Source: Eledone cirrhosa (taxonomy: Eukaryota). Taken from it: a stretch of 64,000 bases of DNA. Under the pieces are notes generated by a model, which saw nothing but the letters and a program-made list of their open reading frames with translations, did not search any database and had not been told where the DNA came from. Location: assembly GCA_964016885.1 (NCBI GenBank), contig OZ024758.1, positions 1,178,001-1,242,000 of the forward strand. Direction: 5' to 3'. Of the stretch, positions 1 to 12,612 are shown piece by piece. The position numbers and the translations under genes were made by a program. Position 1 is the stretch's first letter, and the number at the start of each line of letters is the position of its first letter.

Positions 1-111
1 GAAGGTGAAGTTGACAATAGCAGTGAAAATATATTTTAGGGTCTGTTTTTCGCCAAAGTGGCATTATTGAAAAAATGAGAGGGACAATTCTTTTATAATG
101 TTTATAAAGTA

Positions 112-146
<35 letters not shown>

Positions 147-152
<6 letters not shown>

Positions 153-264
153 TAACAGATTAAAGTTTAAGCAAAGAATCGTTGCTTTTACCCTTAATGG
201 GATCTTCTGAAACTCCTTATCGAGCACTATTTGGATTTTAGTCTTCAAATTTATTATTATTACT
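147..264. mobile_element. (TA)n-embedded element family F: inverted hammerhead part plus sense 3' end
   Basis: Shares sequence with 1738-1811, 36980-37109 and 61784-61978; constant end TTATTATTACT-(AT)n; (TA)n on both sides. Confidence 0.75.
164..214 (-). ncRNA. Hammerhead-like motif, family F (variant core CAGAAGA; GAAA mutated to AAAA in this copy)
   Basis: AGTTT-CAGAAGA-TCCC attaa GGGT-AAA-AGCA acgattctt TGCT-T-AAACT. Stem I AGTTT/AAACT, stem II CCC/GGG, stem III AGCA/TGCT. Confidence 0.5.
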
Positions 265-298
265 ATATATATATATAATATCTCTCTCTCACTCTCTC

Positions 299-399
<101 letters not shown>

Positions 400-694
400 A
401 TAGATACATACAAAAAGAAGGTAATCCTTCGTACAGTCTTATATATGGAGAAAATGATAAGAATGACTGTGGTGTTTATGTCCTGTAACACGTGTTGGTC
501 TAAAGGAGAAGTTTATGATACCAGTATGTAAACAACAGTTCGATGGGTAACTTAGAAAACCTGCAGATAATTTCATCAAATACATATTTCACAAGAGCGA
601 CTATAAAATTATGATGCTTCCAAAGGTTTGACTACACACACACACGCACACACACATACCGATGTGTATATGTATATATATAGTATATATATAC

Positions 695-751
<57 letters not shown>

Positions 752-755
<4 letters not shown>

Positions 756-831
756 TCGGGCCCGATCGATAGAGAACGAACCTTGAGCTGATCAATCGCG
801 AAACGCGCGTCACACCCGAATACACTTATTA
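752..831 (+). mobile_element. Microsatellite-embedded fragment with minimal hammerhead 3' half GAAACGCGCGTC
   Basis: GAAAC-GCGC-GTC at 800-811 (palindromic stem III, GUC triplet); no intact CUGANGA upstream. Confidence 0.45.
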
Positions 832-852
832 CACACACACACTTGTGTATAT

Positions 853-995
853 ATTCCCAAAGCGAATCGGCAGCGGACCACTGTTAAAGGTAATCAATAA
901 GTCAGTAGAGTGTCGCATCTTTATCTTGTATAGAAATCTATTCTACGGGACTAGAGCTGTTTCTTTCGTATGAAATCATCAAGAAAGTCCTGAGG
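853..995 (-). mobile_element. (TA)n-embedded element, family B-related, with hammerhead-like core
   Basis: Minus strand TTGATGA-TTTC atac GAAA-GAAAC agctcta GTC; similar to 1821-1940 and 19921-20080. Confidence 0.6.
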
Positions 996-1020
996 GTTTT
1001 ATAGATATATATATAGAGAG

Positions 1021-1058
<38 letters not shown>

Positions 1059-1059
<1 letters not shown>

Positions 1060-1467
1060 CGGCGATGAATTAGTTTTGCGAGGTTTTTTATATGAAATCG
1101 TGTGTCGAAACAAATATTGTTATACTTGGGGAGGGTCATATTTGTGTAATATTGCCAGAATTAATAACAGAACACACTCACTGTTTGGTTGGTTTTCGTT
1201 TCTCGCTGTCTTTTATATCGGTAATCTAACTTGCCATTGACTGACCGGCGGTCAAAAATAATACAGATACAATATAGACATGTGTTTGTGTCTATATTGT
1301 ATCTGTATTATTTTTGACCGTCGGTCAGTCAATGGCAACATTGAGGACCGAGTAAGTTAGATTACCGATATAAAAGACAGCGAGAAACGAAAACCAACCA
1401 AACAGTGAGTGTGTTCTGTTATTAATTCTGGGAATATTACACAAATATGACCCTCCCCAAGTATAAC
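1059..1467. mobile_element. Family E fold-back element, arms ~160 bp (1119-1280 / 1289-1467), between (TA)n tracts
   Basis: Near-perfect inverted repeat; the right arm has 17 extra nt. GAA-ACAA-ata-TTGT-T at 1107-1121 resembles a hammerhead 3' half. Confidence 0.75.
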
Positions 1468-1543
1468 TATATATATATATACATATATATATATACATAT
1501 AAAATACATATATATATATATATATACATATGTATATTTATAT

Positions 1544-1620
<77 letters not shown>

Positions 1621-1658
1621 CCAAGTGAGTATATTGGTTAGAAATATGTGTGTGTGTG

Positions 1659-1737
<79 letters not shown>

Positions 1738-1741
<4 letters not shown>

Positions 1742-1811
1742 ATAATAATAAAATTGAAGACTAAAATCCAAAGAGGGCTCGATAAGGAAAATATATATCA
1801 AATATATAAGA
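1738..1811 (-). mobile_element. Family F 3'-end fragment
   Basis: AGTAATAATAATAAAATTGAAGACTAAAATCCAAAGAGGGCTCGATAAGG directly after (TA)n; the same block occurs in three other copies. Confidence 0.75.
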
Positions 1812-1820
1812 TAAGTTTAT

Positions 1821-1940
1821 CCCGGGTTCAATCGGGGGGTAACCACAGTAAGTAAGGTACTCAATACAAAGCAGAGTATAAATATTTGATATAGAAAAGG
1901 CTTCTACGGAACTAGAACTGTTTCATTCGGGAGAAATCAT
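1821..1940 (-). mobile_element. Family B element, truncated inside the hammerhead core
   Basis: Reverse complement of 19963-20080; the minus strand begins ATGA-TTTC tccc GAAT-GAAAC. Confidence 0.7.
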
Positions 1941-1963
1941 ATATATGCATATATACATATGCA

Positions 1964-2014
<51 letters not shown>

Positions 2015-2479
2015 CAAGCAGGGAAAAGCGGACGTAAAATGATGATGATGATGATATATATATACATAAATATAAATACATATGTACATTTAGTGATGTA
2101 TACATATAGATATGTGTGTGTGTTTCCATGCACGTATAAATATACATACATGAGTATATGTAAACACAAAGATATTCACACGTGTGTAAGTTATATAACT
2201 TTTTCTCATATATATTTTGTACCTCATTATTTACATACAGTTTATATATATATACATATGTATGCATATGAATAAATATACACACACAGGCATATACACA
2301 CGCACAAACAAATGCATTGTAGCAATATATATATATACATGATTACTGTCACTTATACGCATACATCAGTATATGCATACACAAACATATACGCACGTGT
2401 TATATAACTTTTCTCATATATATTTTATTTTATTTTTTTTTTAAGTACACAAACTTAAATAAGATTTTTGACATGTTTT

Positions 2480-2487
2480 ACTCACCT
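2480..2487 (-). promoter_or_regulatory. 5' splice donor (phase 1) of the pappalysin exon
   Basis: Minus strand reads ATAATAG|GTGAGTAAAAC; the intron starts at 2485 and interrupts a Gly codon after its first base. Confidence 0.85.
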
Positions 2488-4933
2488 ATTATGGCTGTAG
2501 GATTATGTTGTCCACCTTCAGGTTTCATCCAAAACTCTAAGGTAAATTGTTTTCTAGGAATCATGGATTTTGACATTCCGTGTTTTCGTTTTAACTTTAA
2601 TTGTAAAAGTTGCCGGTTTCCTGAGAAATAGGCTGCATTACCGAAACCGTCACCAGTAAACTGTGAAGCAGTGGATGACGATTGTCTTACATCTCTTGCA
2701 TAACGAACTCGCTGGCCCCTGGCTAAATGTTTCGGGGGTGCGTACTGCCGTGGATGATGAGCGAGGTTTTTCAATCCTCCTGTATGTTTCGGATATCGGC
2801 CATGATTCCCACAGGGTTTGTTTTGTGTATTGTGTATCCTGTTATGTGCATAGTTTCCTTTTGAATTCTGAAGATGTTGTCTTTCTACATAATATTTTGG
2901 TACTCCCGTGTAATGGTCGCCATAAAAGTCCTCTCTTTTGTGTTCTTTTTCTTCGTCATGATCATGTGGAGAATGTTGTATATATAATGATTTAATTTGC
3001 CTCTCATATCGTTCTATCTCTTTTAATTCATTGTACAGTGTATGCTTAATCCAGTATGTACTTGTGTTTTGCCCATACCCTTGTCTATATCTCTGTCTTT
3101 CATGATTATATTCGTTGTGAAAAATATTCTCATTACTCTCATAAAATACAGTTTCATTGTAAGATGAAAGATTCTGGTTCAAACCTTTGTCGTCCCATAT
3201 CACATTTTCATTTCTATTTACTGAAATTGTGTCTTTTGTGAACGTATCCCTGATATGATTATTGTCAAATGTGTGTTGTGTTTTCTGATCATCTGAAGAT
3301 ATACTCTTAAATCCAAATGATTTTACTTCCCGAGGATTCATATAATTGTTCTTACCGTTGTTAATTCCAACAACAATTTTCCGTTTATTCAATTCTGTTA
3401 GTTTTTCTACGTTTACATTAACTCCAACATCGTCATAAACATTTCCTATAACATGAAATTGGGTAAAGTTTTCATTATCCAATTTTCTAGCAGGGTTCGT
3501 TTTGTTTCCGTTTAATATGGTGCAAAACTGACCAGTTTTCAATACTGTTCCCCCTCTATGAGGAAGGATCACTTTCAGTATTTTGGTTTTTGAATTTCTA
3601 AAGATCTCCTTGATTTCGTCATAAAGATAATCCTTTGTATTTTTAGAGCTATGAAAACATTTTCTATATTTTATCAATTTTCTTATCCAATATGTTTTGT
3701 AGTAAATACAGTTAATTTCATTAACTGTAAGGGTCCTCTTGTCAAACATTTCATCAATAATGTTTGATTCAGAGAGTTTTTGTGAAATATTTTCACCGTG
3801 TTCTATCTTCCCATTCTTTCTTTTTAGTTCAAATTTCTCGTGAGGAACATTTGAGGAAACATCGTCTCGGTCCGACACGATTAATTGATATTTTTTATTT
3901 TCCCCTCTTCTGCTTTCAATCCAACTATAATTAACATTTGTTAAAATAGCAGATTTTAAATATAAATATTTCCCCATAGTGACTTCGCTGTTTTTTGCAT
4001 ACAAAACAAAAATACCTTGACATTGTAATTCTCGTAATGATTGCAAACATTTTTGGGGCGGCCATTTTTTCAATTGTTGTTGCAATAAAAGAATATAATT
4101 ATTGTTCTCCTCATTCCGTTTACACTTCGAATTATAAGCAATACTTTCATTGTTCCATTCATGAGTTGGTACTTTGATGAAGGTCCTATGTATTCGATAC
4201 ATATCTAAGGGATCTGCTTTAAATACATATTTCGTTTCAGATTCTCGGTGCCACATTTGAACACCTTCCCATTTATATGATCGAAGTAACTTTGGAAATA
4301 TAAATCCAATAGCATGTTGTATTTCTAGAAAATTACTAGTGTTTCTCTTGGGAATCCTGATTCGTAATTTTTTGTTATCGAAGAATTCAGTTTCTTCTAG
4401 CGTTCGATCCTGTTTCAGTTTCTCGTGGTATTTCAATCTCAGTCTTACTGTTTTAACATCCGACATTTTTGTTTGAGCTAAGTAAGAACTTCCTGTCTGA
4501 GTACTGAGATCTTGTTCGGGTCTTATCACTAGTAACGTGTGCATGCAAAGTCGAACAATCCAATCCATTGGTGGTAAAATTTTCTCAACTTTAGAATCAC
4601 TGATCTTCTCCGTTTTAACACTGATCAATCCGTTATCCGTGATGTGGCAGCACTTGAAATAGATTTTAAACTTTACAAACTTCCCGCCCTCTTTACATTT
4701 TTCATGATTCATAAATACATTAATGAAAGTTTGTAGTTCAGGAAAAGTTTCTGTCTTTGTAGTATCTCTGCTAGACGTGACGGGACTTTTACCAATGTTC
4801 CAATTCCAAATAGAAGTTGCTTTGGAAGAGTTAGCAGCAACATTAGCAGTATTAGCACTTGAGTTGTTAATCGTAAATTTATCGTCCTCATCATCATCAT
4901 CTTCATCCCCATTATCATCATCACCACTATCAC

Positions 4934-4971
<38 letters not shown>

Positions 4972-6485
4972 CCATTATCATCATCATTGTTGTGTTTATC
5001 GATAGAACTATCATTCTTAATAATCGTGGCAACCTTAGGATGTGTAGTAATTGTAGTAATAGTGATAGTAGTAGTAGAAGTAGCAGGAAATGTACCAATA
5101 ATATCAGTAATAGAGCATGTCACGCCCGATGCTGGAGTACAAATATAGGTAAGATTCCCATTTTTAGGTAAAATAAGTCCGACAGATGATTCTTTCTTAG
5201 TAGTATTTTGTGTAACAGCAGCCGCAATAAAGCTACCAATTCTTGCAGACTTTTCTATATTTCTTGTAATAGTTGTTGTAGTATTTGTTTTATCAGTAGT
5301 AGTATTATTACTATTAGTGGTATTATTAGTAGTGGTAGTATTAGCAGCTGTAGTATTAATATTCTCTCCAACACCAGTAGCATCAGTGATAGCAGCAGCA
5401 GTAGTAACAGTCGCATTAGTGGTACTAGTAGCGCTAGTAGCTGAAGTAGTGGAACAACTGGTAGTAGTAGTAGTAGTAGTAGTAGTAGTAATAGTAGTAG
5501 TAGCTGCAGCAGTAGTAGTAGTAGTAATAGCACTACTACTACTACTATTGGTGAAGTGTAATGTTGAGGTCGATGGGGCAGGTACTCTGATGACGGCCGC
5601 TGACGCCGTCACCGCCACAACCACCACTATTGCCAAGAAACACATCGCTGTAGTACGGTGGTGGTGGTGGTGGTGGTGGTCGTAGTGTTTGTAGTAGTGG
5701 TGGGGGTGGGTGTTCCGTTGATGGTTTTGTTTTGATTGTTGCTGATGTTGCTGTTGCTGTTGTTGATGTTGCTGCTGGTTGTGGTTGTGGTTGTAGTTGT
5801 GGTTGTGGTTGTAGTTGTGGTGGTTGTTGTGGTTATGGTTGTAGTTGTGGTTGTTGTGGTTGTTGTGGTTGTTGTGGTTGTTGTGGTGGTAGGGAGGGTA
5901 GAAACAGTGATAATGGCTGTGGTAGCTGCGATGTGAATATTGTTGTAGTTGTTGTTGTGGCTGTTGTTGCTGTTGTTGTTGTTGCTGTCGTTGTTGTTGC
6001 TGTTGTTGTTGTTGCTGTTGTTGCTGTTGCTGTTGCTGTTGTTGTTGTTGTTGTTGCTGTCGTTGTTGTTGCTGTTGTTGTTGTTGTTGCTGTCGTTGTT
6101 GTTGCTGTTGTTGTTGCTGGCTATACATGTGTTGATGACAGCGGTGATTGTGGTGTTGATGTTGGTGACCGTGCTGATGTCGGTGGTCGTTCTGATGTCG
6201 GCGTCGGCGGTGGTGGTGGAGGCGGTGGTGGTTGCTGCTGCGGCGGCGGCGGCGGCGGCGGCGGAGAAGAAGGTGGTGATGGGGAGGATGATGATGGTGA
6301 TGATGGTGATGGTGATGGTGGTGGTGGTAGCCTCGTTTTCTTCTTCGTCGACCACGTCGTCGCAGGAGGTGGTAAGGACGGTCGTGAATGGGTCGGGTGT
6401 ACCATGGTCGTCTGTGATGTTGCTGTTGTTGTTGTTGGTATAGCTGGTGGTATTGCTGCAGACGTTGTTGCTCCAGACTGACCAT
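2486..6485 (-). CDS. PAPPA: Pappalysin (PAPP-A/PAPP-A2-like metalloprotease), first coding exon; alternative start ATG at 5645; gene continues leftwards beyond this exon
   Basis: 4-kb open frame with >3 kb of mostly non-repetitive sequence. C-terminal AAYFSGNRQLLQL...IPRKQFTLEFWMKPEGGQHNPTAIIG matches my recollection of the PAPP-A LamG-like N-terminus (ALYFSGRGEQLRL...LPRDAFTLQVWLRAEGGQRSPAVITG). It is preceded by a furin-type site RVRYAR|D (2711-2694). Hydrophobic MCFLAIVVVVAVTASAA starts at 5645. The frame ends at a canonical donor AG|GTGAGT, so the listed stop at 2478 is intronic. Confidence 0.88.
5660..6440 (-). repeat. Compound trinucleotide repeats (CAC, CAA/CAG, CGC, CAT) in the 5' part of the pappalysin exon
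   Basis: Directly visible; polyH/polyQ/polyR if translated from 6485, otherwise 5' UTR. Confidence 0.95.
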
Positions 6486-6819
6486 TTCCTCTAGTTACCC
6501 TGCTGCCCACAATACTCCGGACAGTAGCCCTCTATTCTCTCTACACATTACAAACTAGTTTTACACGCTTCACTCTCCCAGTGACATGAAAACTCTGTCT
6601 TCTGCTTCGCACTGTAGAACATATGCTTCCTTCTTCTTTTTACCTTCTCTCTTTCTTTCCTTTTCTCTCTCTTTTTATAATTTTTCTTTCTTTCCTTCTT
6701 TCTTTCTTTCTTTCTTTCCTTCTTTTCTATTCTCTTTCTTTCTTTCTTTCAGTTTTTTTCTCCCTTTATTTGTTCCTATTTTTCTTTCTTATTTTCTTTC
6801 TGTCTGTCTCTCTCTATAT

Positions 6820-6922
<103 letters not shown>

Positions 6923-6973
6923 AACACACACACACACACACATATATATATACATATATACATATATATATAC

Positions 6974-7005
<32 letters not shown>

Positions 7006-7006
7006 G

Positions 7007-7038
<32 letters not shown>

Positions 7039-7549
7039 CATATATATATGCATATATATATATATATGCATATTTATATATATATATATATACATACATA
7101 TATATATATATATATATATGCATATATATATATATATGCTATATATATATATATGCATATATATATATATATGCTATATATATATATATATATGCATATA
7201 TATATATATATATATATATATGTCTGTCTATTTTGTTTCACGCCCCCCCCCCCCTCTCTTCTTTTTATTGTATTCTGTTATTTTTCCGTTTTTTTTTACT
7301 TGTTTTTATTCCTTCTTCTATTATTGTTTTTTTTCTCCCCACCACCACCACTATCATCACCACCACCACCACCACCACCACCACCACCTTCATTGCCACC
7401 ATCATCACCATCACCCCCCCCCCCCCCAACACAACCACCACCTCCCCCACCACCAAAACAACCACCACCAACACCAACACCATCACTACCATCATCATCA
7501 GCAACACCCCACCACCATTTGCACCAATATCATTACTACTACTACAACA

Positions 7550-7610
<61 letters not shown>

Positions 7611-8435
7611 AGGTAATGACTATGGGAGCATCAATTGTCTTAATATGTTTATGATCATCATCATCATCATCAACCGCAACAATAGCATTAACAACAATAA
7701 CAATAACCAAAATTCTAATATACTATGACATGAACTTGTATTGTCACCCAGAGCACCACCAACACCAACACCACAACAACACCACCACTACAACACCACC
7801 ACTACCACTACAACAACACCACCACCACTACCACTACAACACCACCGGCACTACCACTACAACACCACCACCACTACAACAACACCACCGGCACTACAAC
7901 ACCAACAACCCCACCACCACCACTACAACAAGAACAACACTAGAACTACTAGAAATAGCAGCCTAATATTCCCTAAATAACATCCTATTCTATTATATGA
8001 GGAAGTAAATATTTTTTCCACTGCAGTCATAAATACACCATGCATGAAAAGCAACAGACTGAATGGTCACGGATGGAAAGATTTTAATGTTAAGAGTAAT
8101 CAACCATAACTGAGCTGGTAGTCAGACAATTATAGTGAGAGAATAAGATAAACATACATTTCTAAATACACCAGTAGTACCTTAACTACTGCTAGTATTG
8201 GAATGATAATAGCCCCGTAGTGATAATAGTGACTGTTTTTATTTCCTTGTGGGGTTGAAGTTTAGTGGCCCCGACGGAGGGGACTTTGCCCAAGGGGTAG
8301 AGATGTAGGAGCAATTACTGCAATATTAACTTAATTTCTTACATTATCAACAATTAAATAAAAAAAAAACAGTTTTTAGAGAACACAGACACACATACAC
8401 GTTAGCACACACACACACACACACGTTATATATAT

Positions 8436-8642
8436 ATAGGAAAATGTGTAACCCCGACAGCAGAGCTCAAGCCGTTTCGACGGCTATTTCTGGACAGAAT
8501 AGAGTTCAGAAATAGCCGTCGAAACGGCTTGAGCTCTGCCGTCGGGTTAAACATTTTCCTATTACCCACTCTACTACCCTAAGTATTGAGTACTCTGGTG
8601 CCTAATGGTCCATCTGGTTCCTTAGCACACCTCATTCATTAA
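8436..8642 (+). mobile_element. Family A fold-back element with hammerhead 3' half
   Basis: Inverted arms around ~8499; GAA-ACGGC-ttGAGCTCt-GCCGT-C at 8521-8543; (TA)n flanks. Confidence 0.8.
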
Positions 8643-8710
8643 ATATATATATATATCGATTAGCATATGCACTATCCCAGCTAATATGTCGCGACACACA
8701 CACACACACA

Positions 8711-8746
<36 letters not shown>

Positions 8747-8747
<1 letters not shown>

Positions 8748-8940
8748 CAGATAGGATGTGGTAAAAACTAGACCTTTACTCACCAGAGTACTCGATACTT
8801 GGGGTAGTAAACTGGTTAATATGAAAAACGTTTGGACCCCAACGGCTGAGCTCTGACCGTTTCGACAGCTAGATCCGAAGTTCAGATCTAGCTGTCGAAA
8901 TGGCCGGAGCTCAGCCGTTTGGGGTCCAAACGTTTTTCAT
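8747..8940 (-). mobile_element. Family A' (diverged subfamily) fold-back element
   Basis: Hairpin centred at ~8879 (GACAGCTAGATC/GATCTAGCTGTC); minus strand GAA-ACGGT-caGAGCTCa-GCCGT-T; (TA)n flanks. Confidence 0.75.
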
Positions 8941-9107
8941 ATATATATATACGATTTTGTTTATCTTCCTTTTAATACACACACCTGATTTATCATTGAA
9001 TTGTCACTTGGTTTAAGTTATTTTGTCACACTGAAATCGTGTCATTCTATTCCATTGGACGTTTTTCTAAACTTTGTCACACATCATGTTATTATTATAG
9101 AATTATA

Positions 9108-9293
9108 GGCGGTGTATTGGCAGTATCGGTAGAGGGTCGGACGCCATACTTTGCAGCATAGAGTTACGGCCCTTTATGATCTGAGTTCAAATCCTGCCGA
9201 GGTTAACTTTGCCTTTCATCCTTACGGGTCGATAAAATAAAGTACCAGTAATGCACTGGTATATTTGCTGGCCTTGTGCCAAAAGTAGAAACA
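9108..9293 (+). mobile_element. tRNA-derived SINE (Meta/MESC-like core), 16-bp target-site duplication
   Basis: A box TGGCAGTATCGG, B box GAGTTCAAATCC, core GCCTTTCATCCTTACGGG(G)TCGATAAAAT; TSD ATTATTATAGAATTAT at 9091-9106 and 9294-9309. Confidence 0.9.
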
Positions 9294-9352
9294 ATTATTA
9301 TAGAATTATTGATATTAATTATTATATGAGGTGTACACACACACACTCACAC

Positions 9353-9390
<38 letters not shown>

Positions 9391-9673
9391 GTGTTATTTC
9401 TTTTGAATTAATACTGTTATTTACAAATATATGTGTGTGTGTGTGTGAAAAGAGCCAAAAGTGTGTGCGTGTGTATATGTATATATAAATACGTGAGTGA
9501 GAGTGTGTGTGCGTTTGTGTACCTATTCTTCAGAATTCAATATTTCTATATTTTTGGAGATAATCCACAATTTGTTCAATATTATAATTTAATGAACAAT
9601 GATGTGTGTGTGAGAGATAGATAGAGAGAGAGAGAGATACAGTGGTTATGTGTGTGTGTGATATGTAGCATGA

Positions 9674-9713
<40 letters not shown>

Positions 9714-9951
9714 TGTGTGTGTGTATGTGTGTGCATGTGTGTATGTGTGTGTGTGTGTGTTCTACAGTGGTTATGTGTCCGTGTGTATATGAGATACAGT
9801 GGTTATGTGATCATATATGTTTAATGTGTGTATGTGTGTGTGAGTGTGTATGTGTGTGTATGTGTGTGTGAGTGTGTGTGAGATACAGTGGTTATGTGAT
9901 CATATATGTTTAATGTGTGAATGTGTGTGTGTGTGTGTATGTGTGTGTGTT

Positions 9952-9989
<38 letters not shown>

Positions 9990-10637
9990 ATACAATGGTT
10001 ATGTGATCATATATGTTTAATGTGTGCATGTGTGTGTATGTGTGAGTGTGTATGTGTGTGTGAGTGTGTGTGTGTGTGTGAGTGTGTGTGTGTGAGAGAG
10101 AGTGTGTGTGTATGTATGTAGTAGTAGAAGGAATATGAGACGCAAGACAACGTGAAAACATGAGCATGTGTTTGTATTTACATGTGGATATGTCGTATAT
10201 CTGTGTGGGTATGTGTATATGTGTGTCTCTGTGTGTGGCGGGGTATGGGTGTGTGTATATCTGTGTGTGGGGGTATATGTGTGTAAACAATTAAAAACAT
10301 TGGAAGAAGAAGAAGAAGAAGAAGAAGAATACAAGGTGTTTGTGTAGGAGAATAGATAGATAGATACATAGATACATAGATACATACATACATACATACA
10401 TAGATATATACATACATACATAGATATATACATACATACATACATACATACATACATACATACATACATACATACATACATACATACATACATACATAAA
10501 TTGGTAAGGGGATAGATAGATAGATAACTTTCTTTTTATTTGCCACCGGGGCATCAAAAAGTGGGACAAGTACAATGGGGGAGTTTACATGAAAAGGCGT
10601 CCTCAATAAGGAGGAGGCAATAACAAGATATAAAAAT

Positions 10638-10678
<41 letters not shown>

Positions 10679-11377
10679 AAGTTAGATAGATAGACAGACA
10701 GACAGCCAGATATATAGATAGTGCGAGAGAGAGAAAGCGAGAGAAAGAGATATAGATACTGTGTTAAGTAGATAATTTTCAATTACTGTTATGAAGAATG
10801 TTTTAAATATTCTTTATCGAAGTTAAAAACACGGATATATTACTTGTTTTGATAATTACACTCAATAACTGTATCTAGAGATATGGAACGTCTTTGTTTA
10901 AAGGAAAATGACTATAAAATCAAGAAACAAGAAGTTTAAAGAAAGCAACTGGCGTAAAACGTATTAGAAAGTTTTGGAAGTTGAAATGATGGCATCCCAG
11001 AGAAAATGGTCGAAGTAAGAGTCAACCAATATAAATAATAACTGAGATAAACCAGGAAAATTATGTTTGGAGACGGAAACAGGGCTGCTACCAATCAAAT
11101 TATTTATGGTAGTCACAAAACACCCAAATGGCGCGAAAATGTAACAAATTTCCTGACCAGGTTTAACAGCTAATGTTATATATAGGTGTCACCATAAATG
11201 TATTGACTATATCGACTAGGTGTTTGTAACCAAGAACGAAATGAAACAACATTGTATTATTTCTAGACGAGTCTTTCAAAGGTTTTCAGGACTTAAGAGC
11301 TATTTAAGATCTCATGCCAGAAAGGAACAGACATAAAGTGCAAGAAGACGTCAAGCTTTGTCTGGAGCAAACGAACT

Positions 11378-11447
<70 letters not shown>

Positions 11448-11484
11448 TATATTACTATCTCAAACAAAGGTTCAGAATTGATCA

Positions 11485-11528
<44 letters not shown>

Positions 11529-11885
11529 TATTTACATTTTAAAAAATAAGCCTCAGAAGTGATCGAAAGATCGCAGTAAAGTACTTTAAAATAAAGAAAC
11601 CTTATAAGGTGTGTACATATATTTGTGTCTGTTTGTATATATGTCTGTCTTAACAGATATGTAGGATGCAAGAGGACTACAAATTGTTTCGTATATGAAG
11701 AAAGATTTTCCACCTGCACCATGAGAACTGACGGTATATTATCTTGATAAACCATTCACCTTGCAGGATATCACTTATTTATTTTATGACGAACCATATA
11801 ACTTCTTCTGCGTGCTATCGTCTCTTATGTATCAGTTATATATCTCAACTAATATGTATATATATTAGTATATATATATATATAC

Positions 11886-12030
<145 letters not shown>

Positions 12031-12036
12031 CATATG

Positions 12037-12099
<63 letters not shown>

Positions 12100-12101
<2 letters not shown>

Positions 12102-12232
12102 CGGAGCAAATGTGGTAAGGAACCAGGTGGACCATAACGCACCAAAGTACTCAATACTTAGGGTAGTAGAGTGGGTAATAGGAACGAGTAGGACCCCGAC
12201 GGCTGAGCTCAGCCGTCGGGGTCCTACTCGTT

Positions 12233-12291
<59 letters not shown>

Positions 12292-12612
12292 TCTAATTTA
12301 GTCCAGAAATAGCCGTTGAAACGGCTTGAGCTCTGCCGTCGGGGGTCATACTTTTTCCTATTTCCCACTCTACTACCACATTTCCTTCGTTATATATATA
12401 TATATAACAAAGTAATTGTGGTAAGGAACCAGATGGACCATAACGCACCAGAGTACTCAATACTTAGGGTAGTAGAGTTGGAAATAGGAAAAAGTATGAC
12501 CCCGACGGCAGAGCTCAAGCCGTTTCGACGGCTATTTCTGGACTATTTCTGAGTCCAGAAATAGCCGTCGAAACGGCTTGAGCTCTGCCGTCGGGGTCAT
12601 ACTTTTTCTTCT
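12100..12612. mobile_element. Cluster of three family A elements separated by (TA)n (12100-12237, 12289-12391, 12407-12612)
   Basis: Shared sequence GGTAAGGAACCAG...AGTACTCAATACTTAGGGTAGTAGAG...GACCCCGACGGC; two are hairpins and one is internally deleted. Confidence 0.85.

Noticed and set aside
4709-6510. Overlapping and antisense ORFs within the pappalysin exon
   Set aside because: They are shadows of trinucleotide repeats.
8436-8940. Hairpin elements as TA-targeting MITEs
   Set aside because: Arms are unequal, axes vary between copies and only one end is constant, which does not fit fixed terminal inverted repeats.
9108-9200. tRNA genes at SINE heads
   Set aside because: A and B boxes continue into a shared SINE body with TSDs; no convincing cloverleaf.
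12112-12552. Recurrent peptide [19 protein letters not shown] (also at 39259)
   Set aside because: It is the antisense reading of family A; starts, stops and frames are not preserved between copies.
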